DNA of 64,000 nt, taken from an uncultured Planctomycetota bacterium (lineage in GTDB: Bacteria; Planctomycetota; PLA2; JAEUHO01). Below the pieces are notes generated by a model. That model had not been told where the DNA came from. It ran no database searches and saw only the letters and a program-made list of their open reading frames with translations. The stretch lies in NCBI GenBank assembly GCA_963752285.1, contig CAVVXN010000005.1:2208001-2272000 (forward strand), read 5' to 3'. Below, piece by piece: positions 28,711-38,439 of the stretch (positions are counted from its first letter, which is position 1; each line of letters opens with the position of its first letter). Position numbers and translations under genes: made by a program.

Positions 28711-30045
28711 TCACGCGAACGCGACGGGTCGTCCGTCCGCGGACCCGCGGGGCTCGTGGTCCCGGTACACGACGCGCCCGCGGAGCACCGTCACGACCGG
28801 CCATCCCGCGAGCCACCATCCCACGTAGGGGCTGTGGCCCGCACGCGAGCACAGCCACGCGAGCGGAAGGGGCTCCTGGACGTCCGGATCGACGATCGCG
28901 AGGTCCCCGTCGTACCCGGGCGCGACGCGGCCCTTGCGGGCGAGCCCGTACACCTCGGCCGGCGCCTCGCTGGTGACGCGGGCCACGTCCTCGAGCGAGA
29001 GCCATCCCTCGCGCACCGCGACGAGCAGCAGCGGGAGGATGGTCTGCACGCCGGGGATCCCCGACGGGCTCTTCGGATACGGCCGCCGCTTCTCGGCGAG
29101 CGTGTGCGGCGCGTGGTCGCTTCCGATGCAGGCGATCGTGCCGTCCGCGAGGGCCGCACGGAGCGCATCCCGATGGCGCGCGTCCCGGACGGGCGGGTTC
29201 ATCTGGACGAGGCTCCCCCACCGCGCGTAGCAGCCGGGCGCGGCGAGGAGGAGGTGGTTGGGCGTGACCTCCGCGGTCACGAGGTCGCCGAGGCGACGCT
29301 CGCGGAGGAGGTCCACCTCCTCGGCCGTGGACAGGTGGAGCACGTGGATCTTCCGGCCCGTACGCTCCGCGAGGTCGAGGAGGCGTCGCGTGGCCGTGAG
29401 CGCGGTCTCGACGTCGCGGACGTCGGGGTGGACGCCAACCGGTGCGCCCTCGGCAACCGAGGCGAGACGGATCCGGAGCCGCGGCTCGTCCTCCGCGTGG
29501 AACGCGACGCGCCGACGGCCCGACCGGAGGACGCGTTCGATCGTCGGGTCGTCCGGCACGAGCAGCGTCCCCGTGGACGAGCCCATGAAGACCTTCACGC
29601 CGGAGCAGCCCTCGAGCGCCTCCCACTCACCGAGCCGGTCGGCGTTCTCGGCCGTGGCGCCGAGGAAGAAGGCGTGGTCGGCCCACGCGCGGCCCCGGGC
29701 GCGGTCCAGCTTGTCCCGGAGGCGCTCCGGATCGGTCGTGGCGGGGTTCGTGTTGGGCATCTCGAAGAACGTCGTGACGCCGCCCGCCACCGCGGAGAGC
29801 GAGCCGCTGGCGAGGTCCTCCTTGTGCTCCGCGCCGGGCTCGCGGAAGTGGACCTGCGGGTCCACGAGCCCGGGGAACACGAGCTTCCCGCGCGCGTCGA
29901 GGACGGTCTCGCCCTCCCGGGCCACGAGGCCCGGCGACACCGACTCGATCCGGCCGCCGACGATCCGGACGTCCGCGCGGACGACGCCCGCCGACGAGAC
30001 CACGCGCCCGCCCTCGACGAGGACGTCCCTCTCGTCCGCGTTCAC
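28711..30045 (-). CDS. pyrC: Dihydroorotase (amidohydrolase superfamily)
   Basis: DPQVHFREPG, EMPNT, KVFMGSSTG, HAED, QMNPP, SDHAPH. Confidence 0.88.
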   Translation of the reverse strand: MNADERDVLVEGGRVVSSAGVVRADVRIVGGRIESVSPGLVAREGETVLDARGKLVFPGLVDPQVHFREPGAEHKEDLASGSLSAVAGGVTTFFEMPNTNPATTDPERLRDKLDRARGRAWADHAFFLGATAENADRLGEWEALEGCSGVKVFMGSSTGTLLVPDDPTIERVLRSGRRRVAFHAEDEPRLRIRLASVAEGAPVGVHPDVRDVETALTATRRLLDLAERTGRKIHVLHLSTAEEVDLLRERRLGDLVTAEVTPNHLLLAAPGCYARWGSLVQMNPPVRDARHRDALRAALADGTIACIGSDHAPHTLAEKRRPYPKSPSGIPGVQTILPLLLVAVREGWLSLEDVARVTSEAPAEVYGLARKGRVAPGYDGDLAIVDPDVQEPLPLAWLCSRAGHSPYVGWWLAGWPVVTVLRGRVVYRDHEPRGSADGRPVAFA

Positions 30046-30285
30046 CGTCGCCTCCCGCCCGCGAGGGCCATGGCCCTCGGCCTCGCCTCCCTCCACGCGC
30101 GAGGGTGCCGGCCCGTGGCCGCCCACGCTACCCGCGCCCCGGCCGCGCGCCACCCGTTCGCGAGAGGAGACGACGCGAACGCGACCCCGGCCTCGCCCGT
30201 TACGCGACGTGGGCGGTCGATGGGGTCATGATGGCCCGCCGACCTCGCGCAGCCGTCCGCGACCCCGCACGGACGAGGAGCCTCC

Positions 30286-31173
30286 ATGGCGTTTCGCATC
30301 TTCGAGCCCCACATCCACATGTTCTCTCGCGTGACCGACGACTACGAGCGGATGGCCCTCTGCGGGATCCGCGCGGTGCTCGAGCCGGCCTTCTGGCTCG
30401 GACAGAACCGCACGTCGGTGGGTTCCTTCGTGGACTACTTCGACACGATCCTCGGTTGGGAGCGCTTCCGCGCGGCGCAGTGGGGCATTCACCACTTCTG
30501 CACGATGTCCCTGAACCCGCGCGAGGCCAACGACGCGCGCGTGAACGACGCGGTGCTCGAGATCCTGCCCCGCTACCTCGAGAAGGACAGCGTCGTCGGC
30601 GTGGGTGAGATCGGCTTCGACGACCAGACCGACGTCGAGGAGCGCTGCTTTCGCGCGCAGATCGAGATGGCCGACCGCGCCGGGCTCCCGATCCTCGTGC
30701 ACACGCCCCACCGCAACAAGGTACGGGGCTTCGAGCGCAGCATCGCGGTGATCCGGGACATGGGCTTCCCGATGGACCGCGTGCTGCTCGACCACGGCAA
30801 CGAGGAGACGATCAAGATCACGAAGGAGCTCGGCTGCTGGTCGGGGTTCTCGGTCTACCCGAACACGAAGATGGACCCGCACCGCATGGTCAAGATCGTC
30901 CAGGAGTACGGCGTCGATCGGACGATCGTGAACAGCGCCGCGGACTGGGGCGTCAGCGACCCCCTCATGGTCCCGCGCACGGCGATGCGGCTCCAGCAGG
31001 CGCGGATCCCCGACGCGTCGATCGAAACGCTCGTCTGGCAGAATCCGGTGGACTTCTTCTCGCAGAGCGGCCGGATGGACGCGGCGTCGCTCGCCTGGCC
31101 CGCCGAGGCGAACCTCAGAGAGACGTGGGACGGCAACTCGCCGCTCCGCGGCCAGGACCCGGACCAGGTCTAG
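30286..31173 (+). CDS. TatD-family hydrolase, EboB-like
   Basis: PHIHMFSRVTDDY, EPAFWLGQ, GWERFRAAQ, LNPRE, GEIG, HTPHR, NSAADWG. Confidence 0.88.
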   Translation: MAFRIFEPHIHMFSRVTDDYERMALCGIRAVLEPAFWLGQNRTSVGSFVDYFDTILGWERFRAAQWGIHHFCTMSLNPREANDARVNDAVLEILPRYLEKDSVVGVGEIGFDDQTDVEERCFRAQIEMADRAGLPILVHTPHRNKVRGFERSIAVIRDMGFPMDRVLLDHGNEETIKITKELGCWSGFSVYPNTKMDPHRMVKIVQEYGVDRTIVNSAADWGVSDPLMVPRTAMRLQQARIPDASIETLVWQNPVDFFSQSGRMDAASLAWPAEANLRETWDGNSPLRGQDPDQV

Positions 31174-31181
31174 CCCGGATC

Positions 31182-31422
31182 ACCCGTGAACGTTCGTGCA
31201 TCCCGCGGCCCTGCGCACCGTAGAACCCCGAAGGCGGCGTCGTTCGGAGTCGGCGACCTCCAATCACAGGCAGGGACGGGGGGTCGCCTCTTCCTCACGC
31301 CATCCTGTCCTCGGGGCCCTGGCGCACGCAGGACACCCCGTCGACGAAGGCGTGATCGTCCGGCGGTCGCAACGCGAGCTTCCACCGACGCTTCCGTCGA
31401 ACACGTCGCGCGCTTCACGGGT
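31182..31422. other. 241-bp nested fold-back element (structured ncRNA or MITE-like element)
   Basis: Outer inverted repeat ACCCGTGAA/TTCACGGGT. Nested pairs GCGTCG/CGACGC, GCGACC/GGTCGC, ATCAC/GTGAT, GACGGGGGGTC/GACACCCCGTC, CGCCA/TGGCG. Confidence 0.5.
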
Positions 31423-31466
31423 TGTGCGGGCTGGTCCCGATGAGCCAGCCGGGGCAGGAGACGTCG

Positions 31467-32345
31467 ATGTCGGACGCCGATCGAGACGCCGGTCCGGGGC
31501 TGTTCGCGCGCATGGAGGCGCGGCTCGGGGAGGGCGGGGCCGCGTGGCTCGCCGACGCGCGGTCCCGGGTCGCGGCGGAGGGCGCCTCGGCGCTGCCGAT
31601 CCTGTTCCCCGCGCTGGCGCGGCGCGTCGGGCGGGTGACGCTCGGTCCGGGCCGACACCGCGAGGCGTACGGAGAGGTGGACCTCGGCGCGTGGCGGCTC
31701 TGCGACGCGGCGGGCCTTGCGCTGCTGCGCGCGGCGCGGCCCGACGAGGACGCGCTCGTGGACCTCTTCCTCGGCGGCGACCTCGAGGAGCGCACGATCG
31801 TGCTTCGCAGCCTCGCGCTGTCGCCCGTGACGCCCGCGACGGTGCGCCTCCTCGGCGAGGTCCAGCGTACGAACACGGTCGTCCACGTGGAGGCGGGGGC
31901 GTTCGACCACGATCTCGTCGTGCGCGCGCGGACGGAGGGCGGCGAGGCCGCGGGCTTCCGAGAGGACGACTTCCACCGCCTGGTCCTCAAGGTCGCGTTC
32001 CTCGACCTGCCGATCGCGCGGATGTTCGGCGCGCTCGACCACGCGTCCGAGCCGCTCTCCAAGATGCTCCAGGACTACGCGACCGAGCGCGAGGCGGCCG
32101 GACGGACCGTGTGGATCGACACGTACCGCTTTCTCGGCCGCGCGCCCGTCTCGGGCGCCGGCGCGCGCCTCGTCGGCGGTCTCGAGAACGGGAGCGACGA
32201 CGTGAGGCGCGCGGCGGCCGAGGGGCTCGCCGCGTGGGGCGACAAGGACCTCCTACCCTTCGCGAAGGAACGCCTGCCGCGGGAGCCGCGTCCCGAGATC
32301 GCAAAGCTCCTGAGGCGGCTCGCCGGCTCGAACGAAGCCGAGTAG
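31467..32345 (+). CDS. EboA-domain protein with C-terminal HEAT-like extension
   Basis: GDLEERTIVLRSL, VQRTN, LVLKVAF, MLQDYATEREAAGR; AGGAG RBS. Confidence 0.8.
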   Translation: MSDADRDAGPGLFARMEARLGEGGAAWLADARSRVAAEGASALPILFPALARRVGRVTLGPGRHREAYGEVDLGAWRLCDAAGLALLRAARPDEDALVDLFLGGDLEERTIVLRSLALSPVTPATVRLLGEVQRTNTVVHVEAGAFDHDLVVRARTEGGEAAGFREDDFHRLVLKVAFLDLPIARMFGALDHASEPLSKMLQDYATEREAAGRTVWIDTYRFLGRAPVSGAGARLVGGLENGSDDVRRAAAEGLAAWGDKDLLPFAKERLPREPRPEIAKLLRRLAGSNEAE

Positions 32346-32514
32346 CCGCAGGACGAAGCGGCTCACGAGGGCGTTCTCGCGCACGAGAACGAGCACGCTC
32401 TCGACGCGCGAGCCGAAGACCGGCCGCGCGCGGTCCATCGCGCGCCTCCCGGTCCCCCCCCCGCGGGTCCGGCTCGCGGGAACGTCTCCCGCCGCCCCAC
32501 GTATCCTCCCGCCT

Positions 32515-33447
32515 GTGGACGCACCCGACGCCGCTCCCGTCCGTGCGTGGCTCCTCGACCTCCAGGACCGCGTCGTCGCGGCGCTCGAGACCGAAGACGG
32601 CGCGGGGCGCTTCCGCGAGGACCGGCGCGAGGACGAGCGCGGGCTGACCTGGACCCGCGTGCTCGAGGAGGGCCGGGCCATCGAGAAGGCGGCCGTCAAC
32701 TTCACGCACGCGGCGGGCGACCGGTTGCCGGCGGCGGCCACGGAGCGCCGGCCCGACCTCCTCGGCCGCGCCTTCGAGGCCGTCTCGCTGTCGGGCATCG
32801 TGCATCCCACCAACCCGTACGCGCCGACCTGCCACGTGAACCTCCGCTTCTTCCTGGCCCGGGCGCGGGACGCCGCGCCCGTGTGGTGGTTCGGGGGCGG
32901 ATTCGACCTGACGCCCGTGTACGGCTTCGACGAGGACGCGATCCACTGGCACGAGACCGCGCACGCGGCGTGCGCGCCCTTCGGGGACGACGCGTACCCG
33001 AGATTCAAGACCTGGTGCGACCGCTACTTCCGGCTCCCCCATCGCGACGAGGCCCGCGGCGTGGGCGGCCTCTTCTTCGACGACCTCGCGGAGGGCGGCT
33101 TCGCGCCCGCGTTCGCCTTCGTCCGAAGCGTCGGGGAGCACTTCCTCCCCGCGTACCTCCCGATCCTCGCGCGGCGCAAGACGACGCCCTTCGGCGAGCG
33201 CGAGCGGGCGTACCAGCGCGTGCGCCGCGGGCGGTACGTCGAGTTCAACCTGCTCTACGACCGCGGCACCCGCTACGGACTCCAGTCGGGGCGGAGCGTC
33301 GAGGCCGTTCTGTCGTCGCTTCCGCGCGAGGCGCGGTGGGCGTACCGGCACGAGCCGGAGCCGGGGTCGCCCGAGGCGGCGCTCGTCGATCGGTACCTCC
33401 GGCCGCGCGACTGGCTCGCGCCCGGCGCGCCGCCCGTCACCCTCTGA
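32515..33447 (+). CDS. hemF: Oxygen-dependent coproporphyrinogen III oxidase
   Basis: EKAAVNF, HPTNPYAPTCHVN, WFGGGFDLTP, RGVGGLFFDD, RRGRYVEFNLLYDRGT. Confidence 0.96.
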   Translation: MDAPDAAPVRAWLLDLQDRVVAALETEDGAGRFREDRREDERGLTWTRVLEEGRAIEKAAVNFTHAAGDRLPAAATERRPDLLGRAFEAVSLSGIVHPTNPYAPTCHVNLRFFLARARDAAPVWWFGGGFDLTPVYGFDEDAIHWHETAHAACAPFGDDAYPRFKTWCDRYFRLPHRDEARGVGGLFFDDLAEGGFAPAFAFVRSVGEHFLPAYLPILARRKTTPFGERERAYQRVRRGRYVEFNLLYDRGTRYGLQSGRSVEAVLSSLPREARWAYRHEPEPGSPEAALVDRYLRPRDWLAPGAPPVTL

Positions 33448-33458
33448 CCCCGGCCCCT

Positions 33459-34769
33459 TCACGGCCCGGTGGCGCCCGCCGGGGACGGGCGATCGGGAGC
33501 CATCGGCTCGAGCCGGTAGCCGAGCGCCTCCACGACGGCCACCGCGCGCGCGAACACGTCCGCGCGGCGCGCGCCCCCCAGGTTCACGACGCCGTAGCGC
33601 ACGCTCCCGCCGTCCTCCTCCTCGAACCGATCGAGCACGTCGCCGACGCGGCACTCGCCGAGGATCAGCGCGTCGGGGTGCTCCGCGCGGATCCTCCCGA
33701 TCTGCGCCTCGTCGGGCGCCGCGACGACCCGCACGGGCTCGAGCGTCCGCAGGGGGATGCTCGCGGCCGCGGCGAACGCGCCCTGGCGGCGCCGGAGGCG
33801 CGGCGACCGGCCCGTCGCGAGCGCGAACGCGACCTCGTAGCCGTTCGTCCCGTCCACCTTCTCGTAGAGGTCGGCGAACTGCCCGCACATGCGCGTGTTG
33901 AGCTCGATCACGCCGACGCGACCGGTGGCGAGCTCGAACGTCAGCTCGGCGTTGAAGAGCGTCCGGTCGAGGCCGCTCGCCTTTGCGACCCGCAGGGCCA
34001 CGTCCTCGATCCGGGCGAGGACCTTCCGCGGGAGGTGCGACGGGTAGTCGAAGCGCGAGAAGCAGTGCGTCCCCGGATGGAACGACGAGTCCACGGTCCC
34101 GATGACCTTCGCCTCGCCCTCCTCGAGGTACCCCTCGACGGTCACCTGGCGGCCCGCGAGGAGGCCCTCGGCGAGGAACGCGCTCCCGTCGTGCTCGAGG
34201 TCGGTGAGCGCGGCGAGCATCCGGTTGTAGATCGCGACGTAGCGCGTGACGTGCGCGCGCGCCTCGGGCGCGTCGAGGAAGCGGCGGAGGTCGTCCTCGT
34301 CCTGGACGCGGCGCGCGAGTCTCGAGAACGCGCCCTTGACCGGCTTCACGAAGCAGGGGAACGCGAGAGGGAACGGCGCGGGCAGCGGCTCGTCGGGGCG
34401 GAGCCGGACGAAGGGCGGCGTCGACGCGGGCACGACCCGCGCCTGGTCCTGCCGGGCGTAGTACTTGTGCGAAGCGCGGAGCAGGAGGTCGGGCCGCGCA
34501 CCCGGGAGCCCGAGCCGCTTCGCGACGAGCGCCGCGAGCGTGGCCCCGGGGTAGTCGCTCGAGCTCGTGACGCCCTCGATCGAGCCGCGGTACGTCCGCA
34601 CGAGCTCGTCGGCGTACGGGATGGGGTCGAGGTCGTCGGGACAGTCGGCGTCCGAGAGGCTCCCGAAGACGGCCTCGTAGCGGGGGTCCCGCGCGAGCCA
34701 GGGCGGGATCTGGAGGCGGTCCCACTCGGTGGGGAGGACGACGAGGACGCGGGGGACGGCGGGGGACAT
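33459..34769 (-). CDS. ATP-grasp domain protein (amino-acid/peptide ligase-like)
   Basis: HKY, FPCFVKPVKG, LAEGLL, QVTVEG, IELNTR. Confidence 0.85.
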   Translation of the reverse strand: MSPAVPRVLVVLPTEWDRLQIPPWLARDPRYEAVFGSLSDADCPDDLDPIPYADELVRTYRGSIEGVTSSSDYPGATLAALVAKRLGLPGARPDLLLRASHKYYARQDQARVVPASTPPFVRLRPDEPLPAPFPLAFPCFVKPVKGAFSRLARRVQDEDDLRRFLDAPEARAHVTRYVAIYNRMLAALTDLEHDGSAFLAEGLLAGRQVTVEGYLEEGEAKVIGTVDSSFHPGTHCFSRFDYPSHLPRKVLARIEDVALRVAKASGLDRTLFNAELTFELATGRVGVIELNTRMCGQFADLYEKVDGTNGYEVAFALATGRSPRLRRRQGAFAAAASIPLRTLEPVRVVAAPDEAQIGRIRAEHPDALILGECRVGDVLDRFEEEDGGSVRYGVVNLGGARRADVFARAVAVVEALGYRLEPMAPDRPSPAGATGP

Positions 34770-34848
34770 CGACGGGTCGTCACGGCGGGCGGCCCGGCGC
34801 GGGCGCCACGGCGCGGGTGGTAGCGTACCGGCGGAGCCCCCCCCGCCC

Positions 34849-36798
34849 GTGACCGATGCGCCTCGACCCCGTTTTCCCGTGCGCGTCGTCGAGCACCTCT
34901 GGATCCCCGTCGGCCACGGCGTGCGCCTCGCGGCGCGCGCGTGGCTCCCCGACGCCCCGGGGGAGCGGGCGCGGGGCCCCGCCGTCCTCGAGTACCTCCC
35001 CTACCGGAAGCGCGACGGGACGCGGCGACGGGACGAGACGATCCACCCCGTGCTCGCGGCCCACGGCCATCCGTGCTTCCGCGTGGACGTCCGCGGCACG
35101 GGCGAGTCCGACGGGCTCCTCTCCGACGAGTACGCCGAGACCGAGATCGAGGACGGGCTCGCCGTCCTCTCGTGGATCGCCAGGCAGCCGGGCTCGGGCG
35201 GGCGGGCGGTCGTGCTCGGCAAGTCGTGGGGCGGAATCAACGCGCTGATGATCGCCGCGCGGCGTCCGCCGGAGCTCGCGGGGGTGGTCTCGGTGTGCGC
35301 GACGAACGACCGGTACGCGAACGACGCGCACTACATGGGCGGCCGGCTCCTCGCGGAGAACCTCACGTGGGGCGTCGGTCTGATGGCGGTCGCGGCGCAC
35401 CCCCCCGACCCGCGCCTCTACGGCGACGCGTGGCGCGAGGCGTGGCGCGCGCGCCTCGCGGCCGTCCGGCCGTTTCCCCGGGACTGGATGGCGCACCCGA
35501 CGGACGACGGCTACTGGAGACGCGGACGCGTCGGCGACGCGGCGCGGGACCTCGCGTGCCCGGTGCTCCTCGTCGGCGGCACCGAAGACCCGTACCGCGA
35601 CGCCATCGGGCACCTGCTCCCCGGTCTCGGGGCCGGACGCGTCGAAGCGGTCGTCGGCCCGTGGGCGCACCTCTACCCCCACCTCGGCCGCCCGGGTCCG
35701 GCGCTCGACTTCCCCATGGAGGTGGTCCGCTGGCTCGCCAGGATCGACGAGGGCGCGTCCGGCGCACGACCGCCGCTCCTCGTATACGTGACCGAGGGCC
35801 GGCGCGAGCGGGACGGCGGCGCGCGGGCGGGTCGCTGGGTCGCGCGCAGCGGATGGCCGTCCCCGGAGGCGACGGCGGCGACGTTCGGTCTCGGCGACGG
35901 GACGCTCGGAGACGCCCGCCCCGGTCGGATCCTCCTCTCGTCCCCCGTGCCGACGGGGCTCGCCGCCGGCGGGTGGTGTCGCTTCGGCCTCCCCGACGAG
36001 GGTCCGTACGAGCAGTCCGGCGACGACCGCGCCTCCGTCTGCTTCGACACGCCGCCGCTCGACCGCCCGCTCGACGTGCTCGGCGTCCCCGGGTTTCGCG
36101 CGACCCGCGCCGGCGACGGGGGCCCCGGCCTCCTCGTCGCGCGGCTGGAGGAGGTGTTCGAGGACGGGCGCTCCGAGCGCGTCGCGTACGGGTTCGTGGA
36201 CCTCGCGCATCGAGACCGGACGATCGAGGTGTCGCTCGAGCTCACCGCGCACCGCTTCCGGCGCGAGAGCCGCGTGCGCCTCGCGCTCGCGAGCGCCTGC
36301 TTCCCCGTCGCGTGGCCGATGCCGTCGGACGGGCCCGTGACGCTCGACCGGGCGGCGTGCGCGCTCCGCCTCCCCCTCGACGACGCGGCGGGCGCGCGGT
36401 CACTGCCGTCCGGCTTTCCCGCGCCGCCGCCCGCGGGCCTTCCGCCCGAGCCGGACCTCGAGGGCTTCCGACGCGAGGTCCGCCGGGACCCGGTGACGGG
36501 CGAGGTCACCGTGCACGCGACGTCGGACCTCGACGCCTCCGGCGCGCCCGTGACGCACCGCATGGAGGAGATCGACCTCGCGCACGGCCACGGCGTCGCG
36601 GAGACGTTCTCGGTGCGCCCCGGCGACCCCGCCTCCGCGCGGGGCGAGGTCCGTCACGTCGTCCGCTTCGAGGTCCCGGGCCTGCGCCTCGACGTGAACG
36701 CGACCGGACGGGTCCACGCCGAGCACGGCCGCGTGGTCTTCGAGGGCGAGCTCGAAGCGTTCGAGAACGGACAGCGCGTCGCGCGGCGGTCGTGGTGA
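34849..36798 (+). CDS. CocE/NonD family serine hydrolase (peptidase S15-like)
   Basis: LEYLPYRKRD, DVRGTGESDG, nucleophile GKSWGG, DPY, GPWAHLYP. Confidence 0.9.
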   Translation: MTDAPRPRFPVRVVEHLWIPVGHGVRLAARAWLPDAPGERARGPAVLEYLPYRKRDGTRRRDETIHPVLAAHGHPCFRVDVRGTGESDGLLSDEYAETEIEDGLAVLSWIARQPGSGGRAVVLGKSWGGINALMIAARRPPELAGVVSVCATNDRYANDAHYMGGRLLAENLTWGVGLMAVAAHPPDPRLYGDAWREAWRARLAAVRPFPRDWMAHPTDDGYWRRGRVGDAARDLACPVLLVGGTEDPYRDAIGHLLPGLGAGRVEAVVGPWAHLYPHLGRPGPALDFPMEVVRWLARIDEGASGARPPLLVYVTEGRRERDGGARAGRWVARSGWPSPEATAATFGLGDGTLGDARPGRILLSSPVPTGLAAGGWCRFGLPDEGPYEQSGDDRASVCFDTPPLDRPLDVLGVPGFRATRAGDGGPGLLVARLEEVFEDGRSERVAYGFVDLAHRDRTIEVSLELTAHRFRRESRVRLALASACFPVAWPMPSDGPVTLDRAACALRLPLDDAAGARSLPSGFPAPPPAGLPPEPDLEGFRREVRRDPVTGEVTVHATSDLDASGAPVTHRMEEIDLAHGHGVAETFSVRPGDPASARGEVRHVVRFEVPGLRLDVNATGRVHAEHGRVVFEGELEAFENGQRVARRSW

Positions 36799-36941
36799 TT
36801 CGGGCGCGGCGCCGTCGATCGGGAGGCCGCGCGGCCCACCGCGGGACGAACGGTACGTTCGTCGGCGCGCTCGGCGCGACGTGTCCGGCCGCGAGCGGTG
36901 CTTTTCCCCTCACCTCCGCGCGCGCGGGGTAGGGTCACCGG

Positions 36942-38360
36942 ATGGTTCCTCGTCACAAGACCCGCGTCGTCGCGACCATCGGCCCCGCGTCGGACGACGT
37001 GGAGACCGCCTCCCGCATGCTGGAGGCGGGGATGGACGTCGCGCGGCTCAACTTCTCCCACGAGGACCCCGACGCGCACGCGCGGCGCATCGCCACGCTC
37101 CGCGAGGCGGCGCACCGGACGGGACGCCGCCTCGCGATCATGGCCGACCTCCCCGGACCGAAGATCCGCCTGGGCGAGGTTGCGCCCGAACCGGTCGAGA
37201 TCCGCGCCGGCGACACGATCGTCCTCACGAGCGAGGAGGTGAAGGGGGACGCGAAGCGCGTCTCGGTGAGCCTCGAGCGCCTCCCCCGGGCGGCGCACCC
37301 CGGCGACCAGATCTTCGTGAACGACGGCCTGGTCGCGCTGGAGGTCGTGTCGGTCGCGGGGAACGACGTGACGTGTCGCGTCGTGCAGGGCGGGGAGCTC
37401 CGCTCGCGCAAGGGCGTGAACGTCCCCGGCATGGACCTCGGCATGTCGGGGTTCACCGACCACGACGCCGACCTCCTCCGCTTCGCGCTCGACGAAGGCG
37501 TGGAGATCGTGAGCCAGTCGTTCGTCGAGTCGGGCGACGACCTCCGCGCGCTCCACGACGTGGCGGCCGCGCACGGCCGGGTCCCCTTCGTGGTCGCGAA
37601 GATCGAGCGGGCCCGCGCGCTCGAGCGTCTCGACGACATCCTCGCGGTCGCGGACGGCATCATGGTGGCGCGCGGCGACCTCGGCGTGGAGATCCCGATC
37701 GAGCAGATCGCGACGGTGCAGAAGGACCTCGTGCGCCGCGCCCACGTCCTGGGCCTGCCGACCGTCATCGCCACACAGATGCTCGAGTCGATGACCGAGA
37801 GCACCCGGCCGACGCGCGCCGAGGCGACCGACGTGGCGAACGCCGTGCTCGACGGCGCGGACGCGGTCATGTTGTCGGGCGAGTCGGCCGTGGGGCTCCA
37901 CCCGGTCGAGGCCGTCGAGATGCTGGGACGCATCGCCGCGGCCGTCGAACCCCGGATCGAGTCCCGACGCTCCTCGGAGATCTTCGGCGACCTCTTCTCG
38001 GCGAAGCCCGACGGCATGCGCGACCTCTTGGCGCTCGCGGTCGAGACGGTGGTCGAGCACGCGAAGCCCGCCGTCGTGCTCGTCCCGACGCGGAGCGGCG
38101 CCACGGCGCGAAACGTCGCCCGCTTCCGCCTGCCTACCTGGATCGTCGCCGTGAGCCGCCACCCCGAGACCTGCCAGGGACTCCAGCTCTCGTGGGGCGT
38201 CGTGCCCATCCTGGTGGACGAGGAGCCCGAAGACTGGCGCACGTTCGCGAGGGACTGGCTGGCCCGGCAGGGCACGGAGGGGCACCTCGCCGTCCTCCTC
38301 CGCGGCCCCTCCGACCGAAATCCCCGCGTCAACCACCGGATGGAGATCCTCCCTCTCTAG
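36942..38360 (+). CDS. pyk: Pyruvate kinase
   Basis: ATIGPAS, ARLNFSH, DLPGPKIR, AKIE, MVARGDLGVE, ATQMLESM, MLSGE. Confidence 0.97.
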   Translation: MVPRHKTRVVATIGPASDDVETASRMLEAGMDVARLNFSHEDPDAHARRIATLREAAHRTGRRLAIMADLPGPKIRLGEVAPEPVEIRAGDTIVLTSEEVKGDAKRVSVSLERLPRAAHPGDQIFVNDGLVALEVVSVAGNDVTCRVVQGGELRSRKGVNVPGMDLGMSGFTDHDADLLRFALDEGVEIVSQSFVESGDDLRALHDVAAAHGRVPFVVAKIERARALERLDDILAVADGIMVARGDLGVEIPIEQIATVQKDLVRRAHVLGLPTVIATQMLESMTESTRPTRAEATDVANAVLDGADAVMLSGESAVGLHPVEAVEMLGRIAAAVEPRIESRRSSEIFGDLFSAKPDGMRDLLALAVETVVEHAKPAVVLVPTRSGATARNVARFRLPTWIVAVSRHPETCQGLQLSWGVVPILVDEEPEDWRTFARDWLARQGTEGHLAVLLRGPSDRNPRVNHRMEILPL

Positions 38361-38439
38361 CGACGCGGCGCCCGCGGCGCCTGGGGCGCCCTCCCTTCGC
38401 GCATCCCGTTCTCGGGACACGGCGTCCTCCCGATTCGCG

